64,000 nt of DNA from Verrucomicrobia bacterium GWF2_51_19. GTDB lineage: Bacteria > Verrucomicrobiota > Verrucomicrobiia > Opitutales > UBA12508. The number at the start of each line of letters is the position of its first letter. The first letter of the stretch is position 1. Both the position numbers and the translations under genes were made by a program. Below, piece by piece: positions 24,598 to 34,020 of this stretch. The stretch is from assembly GCA_001831095.1 (NCBI GenBank), contig MIDP01000039.1:22621-86620 (forward strand), written 5' to 3'. Under the pieces are notes generated by a model, which saw nothing but the letters and a program-made list of their open reading frames with translations, was not told the DNA's origin and searched no databases.

Positions 24598-24691
24598 GGG
24601 CAAGCCACCTCAATCATTATTGAATGACTGAGGGAGGGCAGTGCACACAAAAGTTGTATGGCTGAAGTGAACGCAACTAGAGCATCGACTC

Positions 24692-25171
24692 TTACGTCGA
24701 CTCTTCAGAATCGGTTGCTTCGTTGGCGGAGGGGAGGTCCTTTTCGCTCTTGAAGCTGCGCATCAGGACGTCGATGCGGCCAACGTTTTCGATGCCAAGG
24801 TTTTCACGAAGGCCGATGAGGATGGCGTTTTGAATGCGCACCGAGAGGCTCGAGAGCTGTTCGCCGGCGCGGAGAACGATTTTCACAAGGATGTGCAGAT
24901 TTCCGCGGTGCTCTTTGACCGATACTGATGGCCGATACGTGGATCCGACGCGCATGCAAGCGTTTGAAATGACGCCCAAGAGCGCCCGCTTCGAGACGGA
25001 AACGCGGCCGGTGTCGGTTTGGAGAATATCGATCGGGCGAAAACGGCGGCACATGCGAATGAGCAACCACAAGGCGATCACGGCCCCGATGATATAGATT
25101 TGCGGGGCCTCGTTCCAGTCGTAGACAATGTCTTTAAGCGTGTCCCAGGAAATTGAGTTGATGATGTCCAT
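24692..25171 (-). CDS. AmaP-like membrane anchor protein (Asp23-associated)
   Basis: 159 aa with one N-terminal TM helix (IYIIGAVIALWLLI) and an Asp23-like body. It lies directly downstream of the Asp23-family gene. Confidence 0.5.
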   Translation of the reverse strand: MDIINSISWDTLKDIVYDWNEAPQIYIIGAVIALWLLIRMCRRFRPIDILQTDTGRVSVSKRALLGVISNACMRVGSTYRPSVSVKEHRGNLHILVKIVLRAGEQLSSLSVRIQNAILIGLRENLGIENVGRIDVLMRSFKSEKDLPSANEATDSEEST

Positions 25172-25173
25172 GT

Positions 25174-25620
25174 TTATTCACTCGTTGTGTCTGCCCAGGT
25201 TTGCTCCTTAAGCTTTTCAGAGGCGGTTTGCAGGCGGACGCCGTCGATAATGACGTCGACGCGGTTAACATCTTTTAGGGTCATAGTCGAGACTTTTTCG
25301 CGGACGTTCTGTTGAATGCAAACGGCCACCCTTGCCAGCTCGACGCCGAAATTCAAAATGACGCGCACCTCGATGTCGTAATTGCCTGAGTCGGTTTCGG
25401 TGACGCGGACACCGCGGTCGGACTCTTTTTTAGAAAAGATTTCCGCAATGCCATCGACGAGGCTGCTGCCGACGGAGTGTACGCCCTCGACTTCGAGCGT
25501 CGACAAGCGCACAATGCTGGCCACGACCGAGTGATTGATCTTGATGTCGCCGAGAGATCCCTGTTCATCGGAAATCAATGGGACGCGATCGTTTGTGTCT
25601 GAAACTTTTTTCTTGTTCAT
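25174..25620 (-). CDS. Asp23/Gls24-family envelope stress protein
   Basis: GDIKINHSVVASIVRLSTLEVEGVHSVG... and the YDIEVRVILNFGVEL pattern. The ATG at 25620 is preferred over the TTG at 25635. Confidence 0.75.
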   Translation of the reverse strand: MNKKKVSDTNDRVPLISDEQGSLGDIKINHSVVASIVRLSTLEVEGVHSVGSSLVDGIAEIFSKKESDRGVRVTETDSGNYDIEVRVILNFGVELARVAVCIQQNVREKVSTMTLKDVNRVDVIIDGVRLQTASEKLKEQTWADTTSE

Positions 25621-25720
25621 AAGAGACCTTTGCAAAACGTATATTAAATATAAAATAACCTTTTGAAGAAATCAACCAACCATTTGTTTTTAGTTTTTAA
25701 AACAGAATCATTTTTACTCT

Positions 25721-25972
25721 CCGAAGACCTACACAAAATGTCGTCAAAGCTTGGCTTTGCGCGAGTACAATCTGCCGTAATAGCAGCGTTATCCATCCGG
25801 CTTCGCCAATTTTTTTGCGAAATATAAAAATGCATGCATTTTTGTGTTTCGCTTTAAAAGTTTTTTGGAGAGGGGGTCGGGGAGAGACTTTTTTTCAAAA
25901 AAGTCTTTCCCCGTGGCCAGTCGGCGCAGCGCGAAACGAGCTTTCACGGCATTTTGTGTAGGTCTTCTTCGG
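25721..25972. repeat. R2 repeat with about 130 bp internal insertion
   Basis: Arms CCGAAGACCTACACAAAATG (25721-25740) and CATTTTGTGTAGGTCTTCTTCGG (25950-25972). R2 left and right interiors are separated by an unrelated AT-rich segment that contains the hairpin GGGGAGAGACTTTTTTT-c-AAAAAAGTCTTTCCCC. Confidence 0.8.
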
Positions 25973-27332
25973 TAAATAGACCTTTGGGTGTTCTATCCAT
26001 AAACTCTTCGATGTATTTTGTTGTGGCGCTGCCGTTTCTAAAGACTGGGTCCTTCATAATGGCTTTGCAAAATGGAATGGTGGTCTTGATGCCGCGGATG
26101 ATGTATTCGTCGAGGGCGCGGTACATGCGGTCGATGGCGATGGCCCGGTTTCGACCGATGGCGATGAGCTTGCCAACCATGCTGTCGTAGAAACGCGGGA
26201 TTTCGTAACCGCCGTAAACATGGGAATCGACGCGGATACCGTGGCCTCCGGGCGGATAAAAGAGGGTGATGCGGCCGGGATTTGGCATAAAATTGCGCGC
26301 GGGATCTTCGGCGTTGATGCGACACTCGATGGCGTGCTTGGAAAAGCGAATGTCTTTTTGGTCGAATTCGAGCTCTTGTCCGCTGGCGATGAGGATTTGC
26401 TGCTTGATGAGGTCGATGTCGGTGATTTCTTCGGTGATGCCGTGCTCGACTTGAATGCGGGTGTTCATCTCCATGAAGTAGAAGTTGCCCTTTTTATCGA
26501 CCAAAAATTCGATGGTACCCGCGTTCTCATAACCGCAGAACTCGGCCAAACGGACGGCCATTTTGCCCATTTTTGAGCGCAGATCGGGCGTCAAGAAAGG
26601 TGAGGGCGCCTCTTCGATGAGCTTTTGGTAACGTCGTTGAATGGAGCAGTCGCGCTCGCCAAGGTGAATGACTTTTCCATGCGCGTCGGCCAAAATTTGA
26701 AATTCGATATGTCGCGGCTCTTCGATATACTTTTCGATGTAGACGTCGCCGTTGCCAAATGCCTTTTCGGCCTCCATACGGGCCGCGTTGAACTCTTTTA
26801 AAAAGGCAACTGAGTTGTGGGCCAAGCGCATGCCCTTGCCCCCGCCGCCAGCAACCGCCTTGATGATGACCGGGTAACCGATCTTTTCCGCGACTCGTAG
26901 GGCCTCTTTTTCATTACCGATGATTCCTTCGCTTCCGGGAATGATCGGAACCTTGGCTTTTTTGGCTATTTCGCGGGCCATGGCCTTGTCGCCCATCTGC
27001 GCGATCGTGGCTGGTTTTGGGCCAATAAACTTGATTTTGCAGCTCTCGCACTGTTCGGCGAAACGCGCGTTTTCCGAGAGAAAGCCGTAACCGGGGTGAA
27101 TGGCATCGACGTCGCCAATCTCGGCCGCGCTCAAGATGCGGTTGGCTTTGAGGTAGCTCTCGCTCGCCGGTGCCGGGCCAATGCAAATAGCCTCGTCGGC
27201 GAGCTGCACATGCAGAGACTGCTCATCGGCTTCGGAGTAAACGGCCATGGTCTTTATACCGAGTTCCCGACACGCTCGAACGACGCGCAGGGCGATCTCT
27301 CCGCGGTTCGCAATTAAGATTTTTTGTATCAT
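25944..27332 (-). CDS. accC: Acetyl-CoA carboxylase biotin carboxylase subunit
   Basis: [26 protein letters not shown]...; ATP-grasp blocks; 462 aa. The last 9 codons lie in the R2 arm. Confidence 0.95.
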   Translation of the reverse strand: MIQKILIANRGEIALRVVRACRELGIKTMAVYSEADEQSLHVQLADEAICIGPAPASESYLKANRILSAAEIGDVDAIHPGYGFLSENARFAEQCESCKIKFIGPKPATIAQMGDKAMAREIAKKAKVPIIPGSEGIIGNEKEALRVAEKIGYPVIIKAVAGGGGKGMRLAHNSVAFLKEFNAARMEAEKAFGNGDVYIEKYIEEPRHIEFQILADAHGKVIHLGERDCSIQRRYQKLIEEAPSPFLTPDLRSKMGKMAVRLAEFCGYENAGTIEFLVDKKGNFYFMEMNTRIQVEHGITEEITDIDLIKQQILIASGQELEFDQKDIRFSKHAIECRINAEDPARNFMPNPGRITLFYPPGGHGIRVDSHVYGGYEIPRFYDSMVGKLIAIGRNRAIAIDRMYRALDEYIIRGIKTTIPFCKAIMKDPVFRNGSATTKYIEEFMDRTPKGLFTEEDLHKMP

Positions 27333-27793
27333 GACTGACTGAGTTTGACCTTAAACATCGCTTGTCCGTACTCGACGGCTTGGCCATTGTTGACGAGTAC
27401 CTCGAGGATGGTTCCGCTGACCTCGGCCTGGATTTCATTCATGACCTTCATGGCCTCGATAATGCACACGGTCGTTTCGATCGTTACTTTTGCCCCAACC
27501 GACACAAAGGCTGGGCTGTCTGGAGAAGAAGCCGTATAAAAAGTGCCCACCATGGGCGATTTAATTAGGGCGACAGTCTTGTCATTGACATCCGCAACGG
27601 GAGTTGATGAAGCAGCGGCGGTCGTTGTTGGAGCGGCGACTGTTACCGGGGCCGCTGGAATGGGCGCCGTCAACACGGTACCATCTGCTTGACGCTTGAT
27701 GCAGAGCTTTAGGTCCTTCTCTTCGATTTGAAACTCAGTCAATTCTGACTGTTTCATCAAATCGACGATTATTTTGATTGCTTTGAAGTCCAT
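27329..27793 (-). CDS. accB: Acetyl-CoA carboxylase biotin carboxyl carrier protein
   Basis: A Pro/Ala/Thr linker followed by the biotinyl motif [12 protein letters not shown]. Confidence 0.9.
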   Translation of the reverse strand: MDFKAIKIIVDLMKQSELTEFQIEEKDLKLCIKRQADGTVLTAPIPAAPVTVAAPTTTAAASSTPVADVNDKTVALIKSPMVGTFYTASSPDSPAFVSVGAKVTIETTVCIIEAMKVMNEIQAEVSGTILEVLVNNGQAVEYGQAMFKVKLSQS

Positions 27794-27950
27794 GGGCTAT
27801 AGGTATGAAGGTTTTTTTAACAATAATCAATAAAAAAGACCGTCACGGAACATACTACAATTTTTGAGATTCAATTTGTTGGGTCAACAATCAGCATCCA
27901 CTTTTTCAGCCGATCACAGCCAAAAATGGCTAAAATCCAAGCGACCAGTA

Positions 27951-29573
27951 CTATTTACCGAGCGCCAGGGCGCGTGCGCGTTCAAACTGTTTGCGGAAGT
28001 GAGAGGCGAGAGTGTTTTGCAGTTGAATTTCGCGCAGGGGATCGTGGCCGGAAGCGATTTCGCGGATGGATGAGATGGCCTTGTCGTAATTGACGTTGGA
28101 GAAATCTGAGAAGACGGCCATGGCTTTTTTGTAGGCCTTTGGGTTGCGCGTTTCAGTCAGAGAGATTGCTTTCCATGCGGCGGAGAGCTCTTCCTGGACA
28201 TCCATAAAAGCTACTTTGGTGATAAAGCGAAGGGCTTCCATCGCTGGACGCGTCCAGGAGTCGTGAAAGGCAAATTTCCCCAAGCGCGCGTATGGATTAA
28301 TGGCACAGTCTAGGCGGTAGGGCTCGTATTCTTTATTGATGTAAAAGTCTTTGCGAATTGGGGCGCGGCAGACAGCGTATTTTTCAGGGCCTCCTGGTGT
28401 TCCGACCTTGAAGTCTAGTATTTTTTGTCCATCCAAAGAGATGACAAACTCTACAAAGGCCTGGGCAGCCGTTTTGTTAGGTGCTCCACGGAGAACGGCA
28501 ATGGGGTCGGGCGAAGGGAAGGATCCCACTGGATTAACGTAGCCCAGACGTTCGGATTGTGCTCGCGTCGCCAAGAGAGCCTGATAATATCGGCCATAGA
28601 AGTCGATGACGATGCCAACAGCGCAATTGCCATTGGCGACGTCGAGGGGGGTCTTTGTGGAGGCGTCGCTGTAATAACGGGTATTGGCGCACATTTTCTG
28701 GAGGACGCGGAGGCCGTTTAGCCAGCCCTCACGGACGATAGCCTGCTCTTTTTCGTTACTCACTGGGCCCTTTGCGGCGGCCTCGGTGTACAAGTTGAGC
28801 ATCTGTTCCTGAATGACCACTTCAAATGTCTTGAAGACGACGCTGCTCTTACCGGGGTCGACGATGGCCAGCTCCTTAAAGAACTTCGGGTCGGTGAGGT
28901 CCGTCCAGTGGTCTGGGACGCGGTTAAAATTGAGGGCCTTGAGCCTATCCTTGTTGTAGACGATGCCAAAAACTGTCAAGCAAACGCCGACCCAGCGTCC
29001 GTGCGGATCCCAGAGGCTTTCTCCTGCGAGCGTTGCCGGAATGGCGTCTTCGGTAAAGTACTCGGGGCACTTTTCAAACAGCCCGTGGTCGTCGAGGAGA
29101 CCGATGTCGGTGCTCTTTTTGAACTCGCTGACGCCGCCGCCAAAAACGACGTCCATGCCGCACGTAATTTCGTCGGACTCGAGAAAGGCCTTGCGCACCT
29201 GGGCATCGAGAGTGTCTTGAGTAATGTCGATCTTGGTGTTAAAAATGGCTGCCTGGACGACTTGTGACCACGCCTTCCCGCTCTGTTCCCACTGGTAACG
29301 GAAAGAGCTGGTGTACATCGAGTACAGGTAACGCATCATGTCGCTGGCGCCGCTCATAAATCGCCAATCGACCGTCACAGTGCGTCCCGTCTTCTCTTTG
29401 TACCAGCGTTTAAATGCCTGTTCTGTCTCGTACCGGATCGACTCGACGTGCGGTGTGACGACAACAACCGTATCGTCGGCGCTTCCGACCACCGTGGTTT
29501 TTTTGCTTCGAAAAACCAATGGCAACGCGATGACCAACGCGATTAATATTAGGATAATCCCTTTGCTTCTCAT
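27951..29573 (-). CDS. ABC transporter substrate-binding protein (type 2 periplasmic binding fold, substrate unknown)
   Basis: 540 aa with an N-terminal anchor MRSKGIILILIALVIALPLVF. It is adjacent to and co-oriented with an ABC ATPase. Family assignment rests on overall pattern only. Confidence 0.55.
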   Translation of the reverse strand: MRSKGIILILIALVIALPLVFRSKKTTVVGSADDTVVVVTPHVESIRYETEQAFKRWYKEKTGRTVTVDWRFMSGASDMMRYLYSMYTSSFRYQWEQSGKAWSQVVQAAIFNTKIDITQDTLDAQVRKAFLESDEITCGMDVVFGGGVSEFKKSTDIGLLDDHGLFEKCPEYFTEDAIPATLAGESLWDPHGRWVGVCLTVFGIVYNKDRLKALNFNRVPDHWTDLTDPKFFKELAIVDPGKSSVVFKTFEVVIQEQMLNLYTEAAAKGPVSNEKEQAIVREGWLNGLRVLQKMCANTRYYSDASTKTPLDVANGNCAVGIVIDFYGRYYQALLATRAQSERLGYVNPVGSFPSPDPIAVLRGAPNKTAAQAFVEFVISLDGQKILDFKVGTPGGPEKYAVCRAPIRKDFYINKEYEPYRLDCAINPYARLGKFAFHDSWTRPAMEALRFITKVAFMDVQEELSAAWKAISLTETRNPKAYKKAMAVFSDFSNVNYDKAISSIREIASGHDPLREIQLQNTLASHFRKQFERARALALGK

Positions 29574-29574
29574 A

Positions 29575-30645
29575 TTACTTTTTCAAAATGACGACATCCT
29601 CTGGCATTGCCGAAGCGAAGAGGCCCTTTCGGTTTGTTTGGCCCAGATGGCAGGGATTGAGCTCGGAGATTTTAAGACGGACGCCCTGTTTTTCAAATTC
29701 GTAGTGGGCGACCTCGCCAAAATAGGTGGCGTTACCGATTTCGCCGGCGATGCAGTTTTCAGAACAGGGTGTCGTCTCCAGTTTCAAGCTCTCTGGGCGG
29801 ATGCAGAGCCAAACGGAGTCGTCGACTTGCGGTGGGTGTGTCGCGTTTACGAGTGCGCCGCGGAAATTGCCGATTTCGGTCTCGACAAAACCTTCGCCGG
29901 CCCCGACTCGCAGGACTTTTCCAGGAATAAAGTTGGTCTCGCCGATGAAATTGGCGACAAAGCGGTTTTTCGGCCTCTTGTAGATTTGGAGCGGCGTCCC
30001 GACCTGCTCGACGACGCCCTTTGAAAAGACGGCGATGCGGTCGGCGATCGAGAGGGCCTCTTCTTGGTCGTGCGTTACGTAGATCGTTGTCAACTCAAAC
30101 TCTTTACAGATGCGGCGAATTTCAGAACGCATCTCGTTGCGCAGCTTGGCGTCGAGGTTTGACAGCGGCTCATCGAGCAGAAGGCATTGCGGCCGGACGA
30201 CGAGCGCCCTGGCGAGCGCCACGCGTTGTTGCTGGCCGCCAGAGAGCTGATTCGGCTTGCGTTGTGCGTAGGGCTCCATCTGAACCGATGCCAGGGCCGC
30301 CTCCACGCGCTCTTTGATTTCGTTACGGGAAATCTTTTTCTGCTCGAGGCCGAAAGCAACGTTTTGGTAGACCGTCATGTGTGGCCACAGGGCGTAACTT
30401 TGGAAGACCATGCCGGTGTTGCGCTTGTAGGGCGGGATTTTGGAGACATTGTCTTTGCCAAAAAAAACGGCCCCTTCGTCGGGCGTGTAGAATCCCGCGA
30501 GGAGCCGCAAGAGGGTCGTCTTGCCGCACCCGCTCGGTCCCAACAGAAAAAACAGCTCACCAGCCTGGATCGAGAGGTTGACACTATCCAGGGCCACCGT
30601 CGTTCCAAACTTCTTTAAAAGGTTCTCAACGCGAATGCCAATCAT
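29575..30645 (-). CDS. ABC transporter ATP-binding protein (PotA/FbpC/MalK-type with C-terminal regulatory domain)
   Basis: GPSGCGKTT, LSGGQQQRVALARAL, LLLDEPLSNLD, HDQEEAL. Confidence 0.85.
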   Translation of the reverse strand: MIGIRVENLLKKFGTTVALDSVNLSIQAGELFFLLGPSGCGKTTLLRLLAGFYTPDEGAVFFGKDNVSKIPPYKRNTGMVFQSYALWPHMTVYQNVAFGLEQKKISRNEIKERVEAALASVQMEPYAQRKPNQLSGGQQQRVALARALVVRPQCLLLDEPLSNLDAKLRNEMRSEIRRICKEFELTTIYVTHDQEEALSIADRIAVFSKGVVEQVGTPLQIYKRPKNRFVANFIGETNFIPGKVLRVGAGEGFVETEIGNFRGALVNATHPPQVDDSVWLCIRPESLKLETTPCSENCIAGEIGNATYFGEVAHYEFEKQGVRLKISELNPCHLGQTNRKGLFASAMPEDVVILKK

Positions 30646-30767
30646 TGGTCTATCTTTTCTCTAGATTTTTGACAAAAAGTCAAAACCTTTTTCCTAGAAG
30701 ATGCATACTACCTCAATCATTAGCCATCGAGGAAAAAGTTCACCAGTGATTTAGGTTTGATTTACCG

Positions 30768-32969
30768 TTACGGTTCAAACTTGAAGATCGCCGTCGACAG
30801 GGGTGGCAAGGTGAGGGTGGCTGAGTAGGGCCGGCCGTTCCAGGAGAGGGCTTCTGTCGCGATGGCACCCTTGTTGCCGATGTTGGATCCGCCGTATTCG
30901 GAAGCGTTGCTGTTGAAGATTTCCTTCCAGGTGCCGTGATGTGGCAGGCCAAAACGGTAATTGTCGCGCTGGACGGGTGTAAAGTTGCCGACGATGAAGA
31001 GTGTTTCGCCAGAATGTTTGCCGATGCGGAGAAAGCTGATAATGCTGTGTTCCCAATCATCGGAATTTATCCATTGGAAGCCATCGGGGTTGTAGTCGTT
31101 GGCTGCGATGCTACGGTGTTCGCGGTAGAGGTGGTTGAGGTCGCGGACGGCCCGCCGGATGCCCTCGTGATCCATGTATTGAAGCAGGTGCCATTCGAGG
31201 CAGCGGTCGTAACACCATTCAATCGATTGGCCGAAGTCGGAGCCCATGAAGAGGGTGTTTTTTCCGGGCCACATCCACATGTAGGTGTAGAGCGCGCGGA
31301 GCGTTGCCGCCTTTTCACTCATGTGCCAGGAGCCCATTTTCATCATCATCGAGCCCTTGCCGTGGACAACCTCGTCGTGCGAAAAGACCGATATAAAGTG
31401 CTCGGAATACTGGTAGAGCATGCCGAACGTGAGTTGCGAATGGTGGTGTTTACGGTGTACTGGGTCTTTTTTAAAGAACTCGAGGACGTCGTGCATCCAG
31501 CCCATATTCCACTTGAAATCGAAGCCGAGGCCGTAATCCGAGGTCGGGTGAGAGACGCGACCAAAGGCGGTCGACTCTTCGGCGATCGTCACAGCGCCCG
31601 GGTAGTAGTGGTGGATGAGGTCGTTGGTAGAGCGGAGAAAATCGATGGCACCAATGTTTTCCCGGCCACCGTATTGGTTTGGGACCCAGTTGCCATCTGT
31701 GCGGGAGTAGTCGAGGTAGAGCATCGAGGCAACGGCGTCGACGCGAATGCCGTCAATGTGGAAGCGGTCAAACCAAGACAGCGCGCTGCCGATGAGGAAA
31801 TTACGGACTTCGTGGCGGTCGTAGTTGAAAATGAGCGTTCCCCAGTCCTGATGCTCGCCTTGACGCGGGTCGGCGTGTTCGTAGAGGGCGGTGCCGTCGA
31901 AGCGGGCGAGGGCAAAAGCGTCCTTCGGGAAGTGCGCCGGTACCCAGTCGACGATCACCCCAATGCCGTGCCGGTGGAGCTGATCGACAAAATACATGAA
32001 GTCCTGAGGCGTTCCAAAACGGTGTGTGGGTGCGAAAAAGCCGGTCACCTGGTATCCCCAAGAGCCTGAGAACGGGTGTTCAGCTACGGGCATCAATTCG
32101 ACGTGCGTGTAGCCCATCTCTTTGAGGTAGTCAATCAGCTCATGGGCGAGTTCACGGTAAGTGAGCGGACGGTCACCATCATCGGCCTTTCGCTTCCACG
32201 AGCCCAGGTGCATCTCATAGATCGACATCGGCTCCTGCCGCCAGTTCGTGCGACTTCTGTGATCGAGCCAGCCAAAATCTTTCCAATCAAAGTCTTCAAT
32301 GTCCCAAATGATCGACGCGTTGTTCGGTGCGCCTTCAAAGTAGATGGCGTACGGGTCGCTCTTGAGCAGGAGCTCTTCGTGTGCCCCCCAGATCTCGTAC
32401 TTGTACTTCATGCCGCGTTCCAGGCCGGGAACAAAGAGCTCCCAGATGCCCGAAGAGCCCATCAGGCGCATCGGCAGATAATGACCGTCCCATTGGTTGA
32501 AGTCGCCGACCAAAGACACGCGCCTTGCCGACGGTGCCCAAACGGCAAACGCAACGCCCGAAACACCGTTAATTTCACATATCCGCGATCCGAGCTTGCT
32601 GTAGGCCCGGTGATGCTTGCCCTCGTTGAAGAGGTGGAGGTCTTCATCAGAGAGTGTCGGAAGGAAGCTGTAGGGGTCGTAACATTGGCGGATTTCGCCG
32701 TTGTACTGTTCGAGGCGCAAGCGGTAGGGAAAGACGCTGTTTTTGTCCGCAATGACGACTTCGAAAAGGCCATTTTCAGAGAGCCGCTGCATCGGGTAAC
32801 GCTTTTCTGGAGCGCTGGTGAAGTCAATGACCTCACAGGACATCGCGTTTTGCAAGAACGCTCGAACGACCACCCCGCCTTCCCTCAACGGGTGCATGCC
32901 CAGAATCGAATGGGGGTGTTTGTGTTGAGCGGATTCTATCGCCTCGAGATCAAGTTTTTTAATAAGCAT
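30768..32969 (-). CDS. glgB: 1,4-alpha-glucan branching enzyme
   Basis: GH13 blocks include HRHGIGVIVDWVPAHF, GIRVDAVASMLY and VTIAEEST. ATG 32969 (MLIKKLDLEAIE) is preferred over TTG 33014. Confidence 0.9.
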   Translation of the reverse strand: MLIKKLDLEAIESAQHKHPHSILGMHPLREGGVVVRAFLQNAMSCEVIDFTSAPEKRYPMQRLSENGLFEVVIADKNSVFPYRLRLEQYNGEIRQCYDPYSFLPTLSDEDLHLFNEGKHHRAYSKLGSRICEINGVSGVAFAVWAPSARRVSLVGDFNQWDGHYLPMRLMGSSGIWELFVPGLERGMKYKYEIWGAHEELLLKSDPYAIYFEGAPNNASIIWDIEDFDWKDFGWLDHRSRTNWRQEPMSIYEMHLGSWKRKADDGDRPLTYRELAHELIDYLKEMGYTHVELMPVAEHPFSGSWGYQVTGFFAPTHRFGTPQDFMYFVDQLHRHGIGVIVDWVPAHFPKDAFALARFDGTALYEHADPRQGEHQDWGTLIFNYDRHEVRNFLIGSALSWFDRFHIDGIRVDAVASMLYLDYSRTDGNWVPNQYGGRENIGAIDFLRSTNDLIHHYYPGAVTIAEESTAFGRVSHPTSDYGLGFDFKWNMGWMHDVLEFFKKDPVHRKHHHSQLTFGMLYQYSEHFISVFSHDEVVHGKGSMMMKMGSWHMSEKAATLRALYTYMWMWPGKNTLFMGSDFGQSIEWCYDRCLEWHLLQYMDHEGIRRAVRDLNHLYREHRSIAANDYNPDGFQWINSDDWEHSIISFLRIGKHSGETLFIVGNFTPVQRDNYRFGLPHHGTWKEIFNSNASEYGGSNIGNKGAIATEALSWNGRPYSATLTLPPLSTAIFKFEP

Positions 32970-33042
32970 ACGGTTTCCAATCTCTTTTCTAAGAGACGGC
33001 CCCGGCGACTTCAATGCTTTTTTAGATTTTTTTCCACACTAT

Positions 33043-33070
33043 CCTCAATCATTAGCAAAGGATTGAGGGG
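33043..33070. repeat. Solo pair of L termini (hairpin CCTCAATC..GATTGAGG)
   Basis: CCTCAATCATTAGCAAAGGATTGAGGGG lies in the glgB/ftsQ divergent gap. It carries the two terminus motifs back to back with no internal modules. Confidence 0.6.
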
Positions 33071-33128
33071 ATCTGTGTTTTACATTGACGGAGCGGATAT
33101 ACGTGTATTTTATTAATTCAAGTAATTA

Positions 33129-34019
33129 ATGAAGCAGAAAAAGGAAAGTGGATCGAGCTGGAAAGGTTTTTCGCAAAAGAAGAAGCGTGCGAAGCCCGAG
33201 GTGGCTGCAAACCGCGTCCGGCATTGGCGCGTGTGGGTTTGGGCGTTGATCGGGTTGGCATTGGTTAGTTTTGGCCTGTGGAGCTATGAGATGCATCGGT
33301 GCTTGTATATTCCAATTGCGCTGCAGCATGTGGAGAATTTGGATGTCAAGACCGATGGTGCGTTGCCAGAAAACACTACGGTTGGCCTGATAGAGCGCGA
33401 ACAAGGACGCCCGATGATGGCCGTTGATCTGGATGCCGTGAAGGCACGTTATGAGGCCTTATCGCAGGTTAAGGAGGTCGTGGTGACACGCGTTTTCCCA
33501 AAAACATTGCGAGTCGATCTCAAAGAACATAAGCCTTTACTGAAGATAGCAGTGAAGCGCGATCGGAAACCGGTATTGATGTTTGTGTCCGAAGAAGGTG
33601 TGCTCTTTGAGGCACGTGGCCTCATGAAACAGCAAGTGGAGTCTCTGCCCTACCTGACGGGTGTGGAGTTGAAAGAGTCTTCCGGAAGGCTGAAATCCCT
33701 GCCTGGGATGGAGTTGATTGCGTCTCTCATGAACCTAGCTAGAACACAATACCCCCATCTCTACAAGAATTGGAAAGGGTTTGCCTGCGATCACTTTGAT
33801 CCATCAAGCGGTGCCATTTGGTCACGTTTGCGCGTTGAAACCTCTAACGGCGCAGTGATTTTTGGTAACGCTCGTTTCGAAAATCAGTTGAAACGATTGG
33901 ACTTTATTGTGAAAAATGCAGAGAATGGCGGAGTGCCTGTAGCGCGCATCGATCTGTCGTTGAACGATGCCGCCGCGGTACAACTGGATCACAAGCGGAA
34001 GAAAGAGTTATTTCATTGA
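33129..34019 (+). CDS. ftsQ: Cell division protein FtsQ (POTRA domain)
   Basis: 296 aa with a basic N-terminus, one TM helix (VWVWALIGLALVSFGLW), and a POTRA-like VKEVVVTRVFPKTLRVDLKEHKP. It lies directly upstream of ftsA. Confidence 0.7.
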   Translation: MKQKKESGSSWKGFSQKKKRAKPEVAANRVRHWRVWVWALIGLALVSFGLWSYEMHRCLYIPIALQHVENLDVKTDGALPENTTVGLIEREQGRPMMAVDLDAVKARYEALSQVKEVVVTRVFPKTLRVDLKEHKPLLKIAVKRDRKPVLMFVSEEGVLFEARGLMKQQVESLPYLTGVELKESSGRLKSLPGMELIASLMNLARTQYPHLYKNWKGFACDHFDPSSGAIWSRLRVETSNGAVIFGNARFENQLKRLDFIVKNAENGGVPVARIDLSLNDAAAVQLDHKRKKELFH

Positions 34020-34020
34020 T

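Larger units (their letters stand above)
23667..24600. repeat. L element, locus 2 (complete inverted pair of units with both termini)
   Basis: Termini are CCTCAATCATTAG at 23669-23681 and CTAATGATGATTGAGGG at 24583-24600. TTGACT boxes lie at 23950-23945 (minus) and 24286-24291 (plus). GC cores span 23776-23860 (minus) and 24366-24450 (plus). Confidence 0.85.

Noticed and set aside
30936-33116. Two long plus-strand ORFs (377 aa and 346 aa) opposite glgB.
   Set aside because: glgB on the minus strand has unmistakable GH13 motifs along its whole length. The antisense ORFs are V/A/R/G-rich shadow frames with no motifs. The same applies to other antisense or alternative-frame ORFs in the track, such as 8155-8790, 38270-38908, 10726-11241 and 56648-57337.
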